A stretch of DNA of 64,000 bases from the human T2T-CHM13v2.0 reference genome, Homo sapiens. The notes below the pieces were generated by a model, which ran no database searches, was not told the origin of the DNA, and saw only the letters and a list, made by a program, of their open reading frames with translations. The DNA lies in the NCBI RefSeq assembly GCF_009914755.1, contig NC_060925.1. One strand, 5' to 3'. Positions 1 through 13,071 of this stretch are shown here, piece by piece. Positions within the stretch are counted from its first letter, which is position 1. Every line of letters begins with the position of its first letter. Position numbers and translations under genes: made by a program.

Positions 1-294
1 TCTGCATCCCACTCCCAGTACCGGGGCTCAGATCATCCAAGCTTCTTACTGGAGAAGAATCTCACTCTAGGAAATTTTTAATGTTTTCAATGTCATTGGT
101 CATACATCTCAATTTTTCCGTACCTTAATGGCTTCTTTCACAGACTCTCAGCAATGCCATACCATCTTTCTGTTCCTCTGCTGGTTCTAAACTGGGTTAG
201 ACTCACATGGAAACAAGCAAATATAATTGTAAATTCATAATTATGTGATGTGGTAGAGAGAACTCAAGGTTTACAGTCAAGGTAGACTTCCCTG

Positions 295-450
295 CCTCAT
301 CCTTGTTGAGCTGTGTGACTGCAGGCAAATCATTTGTACATCTCTATATCTTGGTTTTCTCATTTGCCAAGTGAGGACAATAATAATATCTGTCCTCCCA
401 ATATCATGTATCATTACATATGTAACATTAATATAACATATAATGTTACA
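295..450 (+). mobile_element. MIR fragment
   Basis: gctgtgtgactgcaggcaaatcattt...ggttttctcatttgccaagtgaggacaataata resembles the MIR core. Confidence 0.55.
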
Positions 451-1039
451 AAGTAGCATAAATGAATAACATTTAAAAAGTTAAACCTCCAAGGTGTTTA
501 AAAGCAGCATACGGGTATTTCTTGCCACTGCAAGAAAAAATCTGCCACTTTTCTCCAGGGTGGCTGAATAAATAGGGCAGCTTTTCCAGAGAGGCAGCCA
601 TAGTAGACATTCCATTATGCTACTGCATATTCAACTAGAGTATAAAATGTGAGCCCTCAGCCTGGAGGTGTTAATGAGTTGCCACTTAGAAGGACCAGGG
701 AAGCAAATTAAGTGCATATGCATAAAGCAGTCAGAACTGCCAGCCCTCCATGCTGTCTGGAAACTGAGCTGCTCAGGCCCTCATCCTCTGTTCATCTCAT
801 CCCCTGATTTAGCAGCTGTAGTTGGTGGACCAGGTTCATGTGAATAAGACCATTGGCTTTTCTGCCTCCACTTCCCAGAACCATCTCACTCCAGACCCTG
901 TCTAAACTAGTGAAGTTGAACACATCCAGTACTTGGGCTCATCATCAGAGAGATGGAGGTGGGTTGGTCACCAAGAGGTAGGATGCCCACTTCATTGTTG
1001 CTGAAAAACATGCTTTAAAAGCTTCCTAAGATTAATGAT

Positions 1040-1992
1040 AGTTACTTTTCTCTTTTAAGTTATTTTTTCCTATATGGTTTCTGTTTTCTACAAATTCCCT
1101 GTTTCACTGTTGATTAGTTTTGGTCTGCATCATTTAGGTAGAGTCTTTCTTCAAGTATCTGCCAATCTTGGGCTGTCAGCATGTATTTAAGAGAAGGATA
1201 TTAAAAAGCCAACCAGAGACTTGAAAGAGCATGAGTGGGGCTGGGGGCTTCATGGCAGAAGGGTCACAATCAGCAACATCAGTATCTCTGTGTCTTTTCT
1301 CTTTGACTGGTTAGGTTACTCAAAGAAGGCTGTTCTTTGAGTCTCCCATCCCCAGCTCCATATCTAGCCTGGAGACTGCCAGCCTTCTGAGGACCTGGTG
1401 GAGAAGGGAATAAGGAGTCCTTAGAATTCAATATGTAGATTTTCATCAAACCTTACTGTTTCCAGTACATTATCCCTGCCCTACACCCAGAATGGGGGCT
1501 AGATGGCCACCAATCCAGAGTCCATTTGGTTCACTGTCTCCAGAGAGTCAGTTTCTGTATTCTGTTTCAAGGAAAGGGGCACTTGTCAGCTTTGAGAAGC
1601 AATAGAGGTTATCCAGGAGTCTAAGTGCACTGTAAATAGATTTCCAACCGATCTTGTGGTTTTCAGCCCCCACTTCTGTCCCATCTCCTCACACTTTCAC
1701 AGATCCCTGATGCTGCCAATTATGGAGTCCTGGATCTCTAAGGTCCCTATCAGCTTGCTTTTGGCCTCCCTCACTGCTGGCTGAGGATTCAATGTTCTGA
1801 GGTTGCTGAGTCAGTTGCCCTTTATCCTTTTGTCTTCCAGCTTCAAAGATTTTTTTTTTTTTGCTTTTTTTTCCCTCTCATGTTCTCAAAGGTTTATACC
1901 TTTAAAAGAAAATCCCTTTCAAAATATTTTTAATGGGACTGAAGGATCAGAAGAAAGACACATGTGTTCAATCTACCATCATTAACCAAAAG
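1040..1992 (-). mobile_element. Ancient L1M/HAL1-type 5' end fragment
   Basis: Ends in gtgttcaatctaccatcattaaccaaaa, resembling the reverse of old L1M 5' termini; very diverged. Confidence 0.45.
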
Positions 1993-2215
1993 AGAGAAAA
2001 TACCAACACAAAAAAAAGACATAGAGCACATGTGACGTGTGTATCTTGGCAAGATGCTGCTGCCAGGGATTCAGAGCCAAAAGGAGAGCCCAGGTTTCTT
2101 ATATCACCTGTTTTCCTTAATGCAATCCCACAAAGTAGTACTATTTTCCATATTTATTAAGAAGGAACAAGTAATAATAAGAATTAGTATTATTGACTCT
2201 CTAGTATGACCAGCT

Positions 2216-2605
2216 GTATGTCTTTTAGGGCTTCCCTACAAAATACCACTGACTGAGTGGGCCTTAACAACAGAAATTTATTTTCTCACAGTTTTGGAGG
2301 TTCAAAGTCCAAGATCAAGGTGTTGACAAGCTTGGTTTCTCTTGAGGCCTCTCTCTTTGGCTTGCAGACGGCCATCTTCTACTGTGTCTTCATATGATCT
2401 TTTCTTGGTGCACAAGTATTTCTGGTGGTTCTCCTTCTGATAAGGACAGCAGTCATACTGGATTGGGGTCTCACCCATGTGATCTAATTTAACCTTAATT
2501 ACTCCCTTAAAGACCTTAACTCCAAGTACAGTCAAATTCTGAGGTATAGGGGGTTAAAGACTCTAACATATGAATTTTGGGCAACACACAATTCAGTCCA
2601 GAACT
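2216..2605 (-). mobile_element. MaLR LTR, MLT1A0/MLT1B-like
   Basis: aacaacagaaatttattttctcacagttttggagg...aagtccaagatcaagg...catatgaattttggg...caattcagtcc. Confidence 0.85.
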
Positions 2606-2759
2606 AATCTGGTCATTTTATTTCCATTTCTTCATTTATTTCTCACAATCAGCCGAGGGTTAAGTATTATTATTATTATTATTGTTATTATTATATATGA
2701 GGAAACTTCTGTTTAGAGAACTTAACTAACTCTTAGACTGCACAGCTAGAAAGAGATTA

Positions 2760-3245
2760 TGTATTTTGTTTTCTATTGCTGCTGCAACAAATTATCACAG
2801 TCTTAGTGGCTTAAAATTACACAAGTGTATTATCTTACAGTTATGTAGTTCAGAAGTCTGAAATGGGTCTTACTGGGCTAAAGTCAAGGGGCCAGAAGGC
2901 CGCATTCCTCTCTGAAGGCCCTCAGGAACAATCTGTCTCCTTGCCCTTTCCAGCTTCTAGAGATTGCTCGTGTTTCTTGACTCAAGGTTCCTTCCTCCAT
3001 CTTCAAAGCCAATGCCAGCAGGTCAAATTCATCTCACATTGCATCACTCTGACCTTTTCTGCTTCTCTTTGTGATTATAATAATATATTGCTAATATGTT
3101 ATTTATAACTATTAATAATATATGATATAATATTGTAATTTAAGGACCTTTGTGATTATAATAGGCACACCAGTGTAATGCAAGGTAACTCCCTATCTTA
3201 AGGTCAGCTGGTTAGCTACCTTAATCCTCTTTTGTCATATAACAG
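2760..3245 (-). mobile_element. MaLR LTR, MLT1C/D-like
   Basis: ttctattgctgctgcaacaaattatcacag...tagtggcttaaa...ccttgccctttccagcttctagag; internal AT-rich patch. Confidence 0.8.
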
Positions 3246-3281
3246 AATCATCTTATGTTGGTATTAAATTGTATGTTTCTT

Positions 3282-3283
3282 TT

Positions 3284-3314
<31 letters not shown>

Positions 3315-3624
3315 CTTTCTTTTTTTTTTTTTTTTTTTTTTTTTTGAGTTGGCGTCTCGCTCTGTCACCAGGCTGGAGTGCAGTGGCACAATCTCGGCTC
3401 GCTGCAACCTCTGCCTCCTGGGTCCAAGTGATTCTCCTGGCTCAGCCTCCTGAGTAGCTGGGACTACAGGTGCCTGCCACCATGCCCAGCTAATTTTTGT
3501 ATTTTTAGTAGAGATGGGATTTCATCATGTTGGCCAGGATGGCCTCTATCTCTTGACCTTGTGATCCACCCCTCTCAGCTTCCCAAAGTGTTGGGATTAC
3601 AGGCGTGAGCCACCGTGCCTGGCC
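3282..3624 (-). mobile_element. Alu, AluSc-like, with (CTTT)n/poly-T tail
   Basis: Full dimer; TSD aaattgtatgtttctt (3266) / aaattgtgtgtttctt (3626). Confidence 0.95.
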
Positions 3625-3788
3625 CAAATTGTGTGTTTCTTAACGTAAACATTGGGAGGGAGTTTGTCCTAATGGAAAGAGGACCAATATCAGAGTTGGG
3701 GTATCTGTGCTCTACTTTTGATCTTTTTCAAGACATATTATTTTATATATATTCTGTATCTTTTTGGATTGTGTACTATCTTCCTATA

Positions 3789-4007
3789 GCAATGGTCCTC
3801 AACTGTGGTGATTTTGTCTCCTAGAGGACAATTAGCAATGTTTGCAGAGATTTTTTATTATTACAACTGGGGGAGAAGGAAGGTGCTACTGGTATCTTGT
3901 TTGTAGAGGCCAAGGATGTTGTTCAACACACTAAGATGCATGGATACCCTCCCAACCCCAAAGAATTATCTGACTCCAAATGCCAGTAGTGAGGTTGAGA
4001 AACACTG
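3789..4007 (+). mobile_element. MER20 (hAT-Charlie) DNA transposon
   Basis: caatggtcctcaactgtggtgattttgtctcc...gtagaggccaaggatgttg...gaggttgagaaacactg. Confidence 0.85.
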
Positions 4008-4029
4008 CCCAATTATGGTGTGGAAAATT

Positions 4030-4300
4030 GATGTTAGAGTTGCAAGCGAAAAAGCCAGAAGATGAGTTAGGAGAAAATGGCCACGGTCTAGGGGAGAGAT
4101 GATGGTGCTTTAGACTAACATAGAGGCAATGGAAATAGAAAAGTAGTGAGATCTTACATCAATTTTGGAGATAAAAGTGATCTGATATTGAGAGGAATTA
4201 TGTGTGGGAAGTGAGGATGGTGTCAAGGATGACTGCCGAGTTGCTATAATGACCTTCTACGTAAATGGAGATAGAGTTACTGAAATGGAGACTTCCAGAG
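4030..4300 (-). mobile_element. L2 fragment
   Basis: ggtctaggggagagatgatggtgctttagact...gtgtcaaggatgactgcc matches the L2 pattern. Confidence 0.6.
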
Positions 4301-4349
4301 GAATAATAGATAATACTTAAAATGGATCTTATTTTATGTAAATTCTGGT

Positions 4350-4540
4350 CTAAGTATACTAACCCATTTAATCCTTATAACAACCCAGCAAGATAAGTGC
4401 TATTAACATCCCCTTTTTATAAATGAGAATAAAGAGGCACAGACAGGTCAAGTAACTTGCTCAGGATCACCAGCCAGTAGTAAGTGGGTTTTGAATGCAT
4501 AAAGTCAAATTCCAGAGTCTATATTCTTAACCACTACATG
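4350..4540 (-). mobile_element. MIR
   Basis: tttaatccttataacaaccc...gaggcacagacaggtcaagtaacttgctcaggatcac. Confidence 0.75.
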
Positions 4541-4749
4541 AATCCACCTTTTGGAAGAACAGATCTAGAGAGAAAGATCACATCTCTTTCCATGACTTCA
4601 TATCCTTCAATCCTAAGATCAGAGTGCATGGTCAATCACTTTAATATTTTCCTGTGTATTTTAACATTTTCCTTGTGAATATTCCCATTGTATTCACAAG
4701 GAAACCCTCCCTCCCCCCAACTTGAACCAGTAATTTTCCTGCTCTCATA

Positions 4750-5245
4750 CCAAGGTGCTGAACATTGCTGGAGAAGTCCACAGAGCTTTGGCCACTGTTA
4801 TAATTATGAAGTCATGAGCACACCTGTCCATGGAACTCTCCATAGCAGATCATTCTTCTATTTCTCAAGAGCATGTTCTGTCACACTTTCCACACTGCCT
4901 TCCCCAAATTCACTCTGCTCAAGTCCCCCACTCCATCCTCGTGCCTCCACACAGTCTGTAGATAATGCTGTACTTTATTTCATCACGAAAATACAAGCAC
5001 TGAGTTGATACTGCTTCATCCTCTGAACACTCCCTACCTATAAACCAATCTATATTCCCATCCATAGCTTCTTTCATTCCCAAATTAGTGAAAAAGGTAT
5101 CTTTCTTCCCAAGTAAGGTAAATCCGTCCCTCATCTTGTGCTCAGGATTCCTTCTCATTCGGCCTCCCCATGGATCATTCTAACACTGTCTCAACTCTTC
5201 AATTTCTCTGACTTGTTCTACACCTGCCCAGCACTTAAAGGTACT
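4750..5245 (+). mobile_element. L2 internal fragment
   Basis: gaacattgctggagaagtccaca... pyrimidine-rich L2 ORF2-like stretch. Confidence 0.45.
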
Positions 5246-5862
5246 CAATGCTGTGTTACACAATCACAAAGTGCTGTTCTTATCACAGCTCTTGCTTAGT
5301 TGACATCAAATGTGAGAGAATAATATTCAGTCACTAGGGTAAACCTGAACCACAAACATTTCAGCTCTTTGGCTACAAGGCAATTTTAAATTTTAACCTA
5401 TGTCTGTAAGAGCATTTATACCATGAGTAAAAGTTGCTGCTTTCTTTTCCAGTTCCAGAGCAATCATTCAAGTCAAAACTTTTAGAAGATAATATACAAT
5501 CATATTTCTTTCCCAGGAAATAATTTTTACAATCACAAGGAGGAACAAGCCAGAGGCACTCTTGCCCTTAACATAGGTCTACTCTGATGTTGTATTTTCC
5601 CCATCCCCCAGTATCTGGCCAAATGAATACATGCAGGAGATGAAATATGGAGAAAGAACAAAAGGACTAATTCCACTTGTGAGAGATGAAGGAACAGGAG
5701 CACTCTCATGTTTCTTAGGTAATGTACATTCTTTCCTTCATTTACTCAGTCATTGAAAAAGGGTTGTTGAATTCCTAACATGAGTCAGGCACTAAGGAAA
5801 GCAAATGCTAAACCTGCCCTTCAAAACTAGTGGGGGCCCAATACCTTTATAAATCATCATAA

Positions 5863-6155
5863 CACAGCTCCACAATCCCTTGGCCACATTTCCAAAATCC
5901 AAGGGACTCTGAAAATGGAAAGTTGATTCAGAAGTTTACAACTCTTGTTTGACAGTAAATCTGGCCAGACTGATTTGAAACCTTTTATAGACTTCATACA
6001 AGCCGGGTATTCAGACATATCCCTCAAAAATAGTAATATGTTAAATTTATAGCATGCTGCCCCAGAACCAATAGGGCTGCTATGAATATTAAAATTCTGA
6101 ATTTGGAAATGCTTCTGGCTGCAAGATTTTCTGTGTAGGGAGAGTACATGCCTGT
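5863..6155. mobile_element. MER46C-like (Tigger4 family) MITE
   Basis: cagctccacaatccctt...ttccaaaatccaa...ctctgaaaa start and degenerate inverted end tagggagagtacatgcctg. Confidence 0.65.
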
Positions 6156-7749
6156 GTAGAGGGACTGTGATGAGGAAGAAACATTTATTGGGTATAAATA
6201 TCATGCAAATTGCTTTATATACATTATTTCACTTAGACCTCAAGACAGCCCAGTGAATTAGGCCTTGTGGTCCCATTGTACAGATCAGTAAACTGGACCC
6301 CCATTAGCTTAAATAACTTGCATAAAGAAGGGGCATAGTGAGGAGTAAAACTTATATTTGTTGCTATATGCATGCTGATATATAAATCAAATCATTTAGG
6401 TGTGACAGAGAAAATTTGGATCTGAGCAGGGTTACTCACTAACTCATATTATGTCATAAAAGACATGAAAAAGATCTGCAGAGCCATATAGACTCATGTT
6501 TTTAAAAGAGTCAGAGAGGGGCACTCAGAGGATGCGGGCATGCATACTGTTTTAGGGCTTTAGGGAACGTATCAAGAGGAGGTGGAATTTGAGCTGATTC
6601 TTAAGCAGTAGGCAATCATTTTGCATGTAAGCTGATAAGCATGTTTAGTCTTCCCTGCTTGATGGAAAACAGACTCCTGGAATGGGTTTCTGGCATCTGT
6701 TCTTATGGGAGCTTCCCCAGCGGATTCTTCCTTATTTCACTCTGTGAGTGGAGACTGAGCTGGGGCTCATGGTTATGCATGGGCTGTTTCCTCTGGGGTT
6801 AGGAGTGGGCCTCTGGATTTGGGTCCTGCATACTGTGCCCAGGTGCACAGGTTTTTGAAGCTCGGCACCCAGGCTACCAGCCAAAAGAAGCGCTCTGGGG
6901 ATCTCATAAAATGGATTTCATTTGAGTAGAAAGCTTATTTTTGTCCTGAGTGGTTGTACATCAAACTCCTTTCACATGTCTTGGAACAATGAAAAAGGTT
7001 TGGCTTGGCCTTTCAGGGCTTGTAAGAGCCTAGTTTCCTCTGGGATTTACAGAACACTGGTCTTGTCCTCTCTGGGTGGTATAGGAAAAATGCTTCCATC
7101 ACAAGTTTCTCTGGTGGCACATCCATTTTTCACCTGGGAGGAACCTACAAATTGAAATGTTTGGCTCATAATGTGGAATAGCAGAATGTTGTTAGCGCTT
7201 CTGTGGTGGGGTTGGTTGAAAGGATATTGTCTTCATGCTAGGCTCTGAGGTGTTAAATGAGAAAACGGAACAAACAGGAAAACCAGGACCTGGTCAGACT
7301 CAGCCTATAATCACTGCTGAGAACTGGAAAAGGAATTTTCAGCAGGACAGTCCTACTCTGGGGCATTCCCTCCAGGCTGGACAGGCTGAGAGTCAGAAAT
7401 GCTGGGCTATTCTAGAGGTACCACTAATGGGCCTGCAACCATTTTATCCTTCTCTCTGTCCAATGAGGGAGAAGAACTAGATAATCTTTCAGGTTCCCTC
7501 TCGTTTCATAATTCCTGTGTCTGTGATTCCAAGTTTTTAATTTCACATGGAAAATATTTGTTGTAAAACCAAGACAGTATGTGATTGTTTAAGTGGGAGC
7601 CAAAGAGAGGAAACTGGGGAGAGGGTTGTGTCAGAGGATCACCAAGTGTAATGAGTGCAACAGGAGAATCAGACAGTAAGGAGTCAATGTGCACTGCAAC
7701 CCCTGCTCAGAGCTAACCACACTCTGAGGAGCAGCTCTGATCTCTAATA

Positions 7750-8134
<385 letters not shown>

Positions 8135-8211
8135 TAATGATTACCTAGCCAATTGGAGATTGGCCTTTCATGTGCACCTGTAATGGAAAAATTACAGAGC
8201 TGTCTAGTTTC

Positions 8212-8232
8212 AGAGCTGACATCTAGTGGAGC
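8212..8232 (-). promoter_or_regulatory. Candidate CTCF motif
   Basis: Minus strand CTCCACTAGATGTCAGC is close to the CCASYAGRKGGCRS core; motif match only. Confidence 0.35.
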
Positions 8233-8559
8233 CTTGTTCCATCCCACTCTAAGTCTGTTTCTTTCAAGCGATACATGTTGGTTAATAACAACAGCTGAAA
8301 GCCAATGTGGTGTCTTTGTGGATCAGCATTTTATCGTTTTGGGCCCAAGGCTTTGCAAATATACCGTGCTCTTTCACAATTGGGGATAGGAGGGGATATC
8401 AAGTTGTAAAGGGACCCTAAAAGCATGAGGGTATATACTATTGCATTTAAAATTTCATTTAAAAATTATTAAACTATGCAAATAACACCATGCTCATTTA
8501 ACTGCAGGGCTTCAGTAATGTTGCATCTGATCATAGAAGTAGCCAATATTTAAAAAGTT

Positions 8560-8812
8560 TCTAAAATGCATCTACTTATTCCCCAAAGATATATGAGTCA
8601 CCTCCATGTGTTAGGGCAGTGCTAGAAGCTGGGATTACCCAGGTGAGCTGGATTAGTTCTCTGCCCTCAAGGGGCTTATAGCATCAAGGGGAGACAGATG
8701 TCTAACAAAATAATTATAATGCAGTATAATGCAAGGTGGTGGGTCCTGTGACAGCAGTAAGGACAAAGTGCTTTGGAAGCACAACAGAGAAACAACAGAT
8801 GGATTAACTGAA

Positions 8813-8849
<37 letters not shown>

Positions 8850-9535
8850 TGTGTATAACAAGGGAGCGTTCCCTTGGTGGAGATAAGGATGCCACTAAGG
8901 GTTAAAACAATTACACGTTTAATTGATGGCAAGCACGGGAATGAAATTCTATAATTTCAGGTGCAGTGGCAGAATTGCTAAGCCACAGAATACATATTGT
9001 GATGGTAAGTACAGAAGAGAGGTTCATTCATTGGGCGGATGGTTATTCTCACCTCCTATGTCACAGATGCTGTGAGAAGGCTGTGCTTTAGCAGTGGCAA
9101 ACAGGAAGACATAGTCCCTGCCCTTGGATTTTACATTTTGGTTCAGGAGATAGTCCAGAAATAAGTAAACAGATAAACAGATAAAAGTTGTCAATTATAG
9201 TCAAGAAAGTAAGCAGAGAGTGTGGATGTAAACCGTGGTCAAGTTTCCTATGAAGGAAATTTCAAAAGAGCCGCAGCAGGATTGTGGGGGAGGCCCATGG
9301 GATAGGGTGCCAGCTCCTGGGGTGAAGTTTAAGCTGAGCTGGGAAGAGTAGGAGGGGCTCACCATGAGAAAAGTGGTCAGCAGAACGTCTGGCAGAAAGA
9401 ACAGCATCAGTGAGGGCTCTATGCATGAAAGATGTTTTTGGAGGACTGGGGGAGACTAACGAATGAGGCAATGAATGAGGTAGTGAGAGAGGAGGAGAGT
9501 GGTATAAGGAGGCTTCGGGAGGAGCTCTGTGCATC
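8560..9535 (-). mobile_element. L2 fragments
   Basis: ctccatgtgttagggcagtgctagaagctggg...ctgccctcaagggg; gacatagtccctgccc...aagctgagctgggaag. Confidence 0.6.
8815..8847. repeat. (TG)n microsatellite
   Basis: About 16 GT units read directly. Confidence 0.95.
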
Positions 9536-9544
9536 CTACTCTCC

Positions 9545-10050
9545 ACTCCCCTCCTGATCCTGCTGCTCCTCAGCCATCCTTCTTCCTACGACTTCCCACA
9601 CATTGACAACAAAATACAGGGTCCAGCTAGGGCCCATGGGCCTCTCCCAACCTTGTTTCCTGCCACTCTTGTCCTTGCTCCCTGCCCTTCTGGACACTCT
9701 GTCCCTCTTGCTTTTACTCAAACTCCCTAAGCAGGTTCCCATACCAGAAATTGGGCACCTGCTCTTCCCTCTGCTGGGGATGCTCTGCTCCTGGTCATTA
9801 CCAAGATGTACTCTCTCTATTCACTTACATCTTTCCTCAAATGTCAGCTCACTAGAAAGGCCTCACTTGACCACCCATCCCGACACTAGAGTAGATACAC
9901 CCCATCACCTGACACTCTGTCTCCTTGTCCCGCTTTGTTTTTTTGTAATACTTCATGCTCACTCCCAGGCATTTTAAGATACCTTTTCTTGTTTATCTGT
10001 TCATGTTGCCGTGTCTTCCACTGGCATATACACTTCATGAAGTGTACATG
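9545..10050 (+). mobile_element. L2 (continues at 11985-12095 after nested inserts)
   Basis: ctcaaatgtcagctcactagaaaggcctcacttgaccacc; 3' end agtgcctgacacatggtaagtgttcaaaa...gaatg at ~12045-12090. Confidence 0.65.
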
Positions 10051-10056
10051 TCAGGT

Positions 10057-11495
10057 CAGGGCTGGCTTCATGGGTGTGTGATCTGTGCAGTTGACCAGGG
10101 CCCCATGCTCTGAAGGACCTGTGCTTGGATTCATCCTCTGCTATTGCTGTCTTGAGATTCTTAATAATTTTGTCTTTTAACTTGTGTGTAGTAAGTGAAG
10201 CCCAATGTAGCAATGGAGTGTGCACAGAGAGCATGAGCAGAGGCAGTGCACTAGAGAATGGCACACATATGCAGTGTGGTCGAGCAGCAATGCCTATATG
10301 CATGGGCAGCCTGGCCAACTGATATGCCTGCACACACCATGAGGCAGCTGCTGTGCTGTGGAGCCCTGAGACAGTGTCCAGGCTTGGATTGGCAGTGGTG
10401 ATGCAAGGCCAGCAGCAGAAGCAGCAATAGGCATGGCTGTAGAAGTGAGAGTGGCTCTGCATGGAGGAAACTTCCTGAACCCCTGATGGGAGGTTGGCTT
10501 GCCTATCCATCCATCCCTGGAGCCTGCTTCCAAGGTTTTACGAATTCTTGGCCAAAGTGCTGGGACAGAAATTGCTGGTGCTCAGCCAGTAAACTTTGTG
10601 GGCAAATAATAACAAGATAAAAGTCCATAAATTGACATTGCAAGAAAGCATATCAGGGAGATATAATTCTTCAGAGTCTGAAATCCTTGATTTTGAAAAC
10701 TACTATAACATTGCTTTACTATTCACTAGCTTAGAAATAGAAACTAAAGTGGAAGATTATTGCATTCAACAGAAAACACTGTTTTCACGTGAATCTTCAG
10801 ACGAACCCATTATCAATAAGGAAGACAATTTTAAAATGATTTTTTTCTTATAATTGAAGATACAGTGATAGAATGTATAAGCATGCATTTTGAATTATAT
10901 ACAAATCATGGAGCCACTTTCCGTTTCTTATACAACCTCCATAAGTTAAAAAGCCAGAAGAAACATTTAAATACGATTATGTAAATTAGCATTTAAAATT
11001 AAATGTATAGACTTACATGAAACTCATTTGTATGAAGAGTTAAACCTTTTTAAAAAATTGTTCCATAAGAATCATCAGCTCTAGAGAAAATAAAATTTAT
11101 ATTTAAAAACAATTTGTCTGTAATTTATCTCCATGGTGTCACCACCTATAAAATCCTTTTAACAGCTCCAGGAATAGCTGCATTAGCAGAAAGATCCTTC
11201 TCAAAATTAAAAAAAATACTAAAAATTATTTGCAATCTTGTATTTATCAAGAATGATTTATGTCTCTTTAATTATATGTATTGAAATGAAGTGGCTAAAA
11301 GTATAAAACTTGATGACCTAATAAATTAATTTGTAAAAAAGTGAGCTAAACAAAAATTTTATGATTGATCAAGATGTTACATTAATATTATTTATCGTAT
11401 AAAGTTACAAAACCAGAAATATTATTGCTTTCAACATGTAAGTTTATATTGTTACTCACTACTACACTTATTATATTTTATAAATAATGAAATAT
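10057..11495 (+). mobile_element. MER45B/MER45R/Zaphod-type hAT-Tip100 element with transposase remnants
   Basis: MER45 terminus cagggctggcttcatgggtgtgtgatctgtgcag; 11108-11212 translates NNLSVIYLHGVTTYKILLTAPGIAALAERSFSKLK (hAT dimerisation motif). Confidence 0.85.
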
Positions 11496-11499
11496 TTTT

Positions 11500-11925
11500 A
11501 AAGTGGTTCAAGAGACTAAGTAAAGGAGTATTTACAGAATGAGCAGAGTTAACCAACAAGGAACGTTAAAGGAGCATAGATTAGCAGCAGTAGGGAGATT
11601 TTACCACAATTGGTACTGTAGAAGCAAGAAGAGAGACGTGTTACAGATCCCATGGAGAGCTTGGGCCACAGAGGAGGGTTTACCTGATAGGATCTTGTGG
11701 TCTAGAGGGATGCAGCCATGACCAGAATCCATGGCCCAAACCCCTGGGAGTAAGGGGAAGAAATACCCTGATATCTCTCACCTCTCATCTTCCAATCTCC
11801 TGTTGTACTTTCTATTGGCTGAATGCCACCAAAAGCTGGAAGGCAAGGGAGGCTGGGTGGTAAAAGTCTACAATGGACAGCCTCCTGGAGTATAGAACAG
11901 GGTAGAGGACGACAGAGAAAAGATC
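11500..11925 (-). mobile_element. Old ERV LTR fragment (LTR78/79-like)
   Basis: aaggagtatttacag...aaccaacaagg...ttagcagcagtaggga...ttaccac pattern; subfamily uncertain. Confidence 0.45.
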
Positions 11926-11926
11926 G

Positions 11927-11929
<3 letters not shown>

Positions 11930-11963
<34 letters not shown>

Positions 11964-11978
11964 TGTGTCTGTGTGCGT
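11930..11978. repeat. (TG)n microsatellite
   Basis: Read directly. Confidence 0.95.
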
Positions 11979-12838
11979 GTTGCAAACTGAGAACAAGGAC
12001 TTTTGTCTGTTAAATCCACTGCTATATCCCTAGCACTTAGAAAAGTGCCTGACACATGGTAAGTGTTCAAAAAAATACCTGTCAAATGAATGGAAGATAA
12101 CCTCACATGTGATTTAGCAGTGCTAGAGGCTTCCTGTAGATCATCATTCCTTTCTTCCTCATCCCTCTTGTGAATGCTTGCTCATGAATGCATCTTGTTC
12201 CACTGGGAAGGATCTGCAGGAGGAACCTCTGAGGCCTCAGATGTCAGGTGCTTATCCATCCACAGCTGCCTTGCAGGGACAGAAGCCCAGATGGCTTGGC
12301 TGTCCTCTTTATAAAAACTTCTGTGGCTCAGGCAGTGCTCTCGTGGTAGACCCAGCCCTCCTATCTTAGCCACAGCTGATGGCCAGATCAATATGTGACA
12401 CAAAGTCACAAAAAGTCTTCTGTCTCTGAAGGGGGCCTGGCAGGATGTATGCTCAATAGGAGCACTCTCTTTTGAGAGCTGGTAAATTGGTAAAATCCTT
12501 CTTTTGAAGAAGCATACCTGTTGGGTGAGCAATGAGGAAGTGGATCTTTTCCTGCTCTTTCATGCCTTGCGCTAAGGACTGGAAATGGGCAGAGAAAGGC
12601 ACTAACATTTGTGAGAACCTACTATGCGCCAGACATTTTGTAATTGTGAGAAACTACACCTAACATGTTGTATCCATGATGTGACAAGTGTGTAAAGACA
12701 GAAAACCAGTAGACTAAGCATGGCTAAGTGAAAGGATAAAAAAGATTTCATTGATGTTATTGTTCTGCCTCTGTGCCAGTGCTAGCAATCACCAATCTCA
12801 ATTTATTGTCACATGAAGAAAATACTTACCTGTATTTT

Positions 12839-13071
12839 TGTTATACATAAATGCTTGTTCCCTGGTGCCACAAATAACTAGCACTTAAACATAAATTTAA
12901 TTCTTTCAGCAAGGCAATCTTTATTTCTGCAGAAAGGGTGCTCTCACCATTATTTCATCTGTGATGAGCACCCTTTCTGCAGGAAATAAAGATTGTCTTG
13001 CTGAGAGAATTAAATTTATGTTCAAGTGCTATTTCTTTGCAGCACCAGGGAACAAGCATTTACATATAACA
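12839..13071. repeat. 233-bp inverted repeat/palindromic element made of two ERV1-LTR-like ends
   Basis: Arms 12839-12943 and 12966-13071 are reverse complements (~9 mismatches, 1 gap); TG...CA termini. Confidence 0.9.

Noticed and set aside
4671-4701. 11-bp-stem hairpin ccttgtgaata-N9-tattcacaagg
   Set aside because: Too short and isolated to support a function; plausible by chance or local template switch.
10001-10510. 169-aa minus-strand ORF
   Set aside because: Lies in the MER45-type subterminal region; no protein motif.
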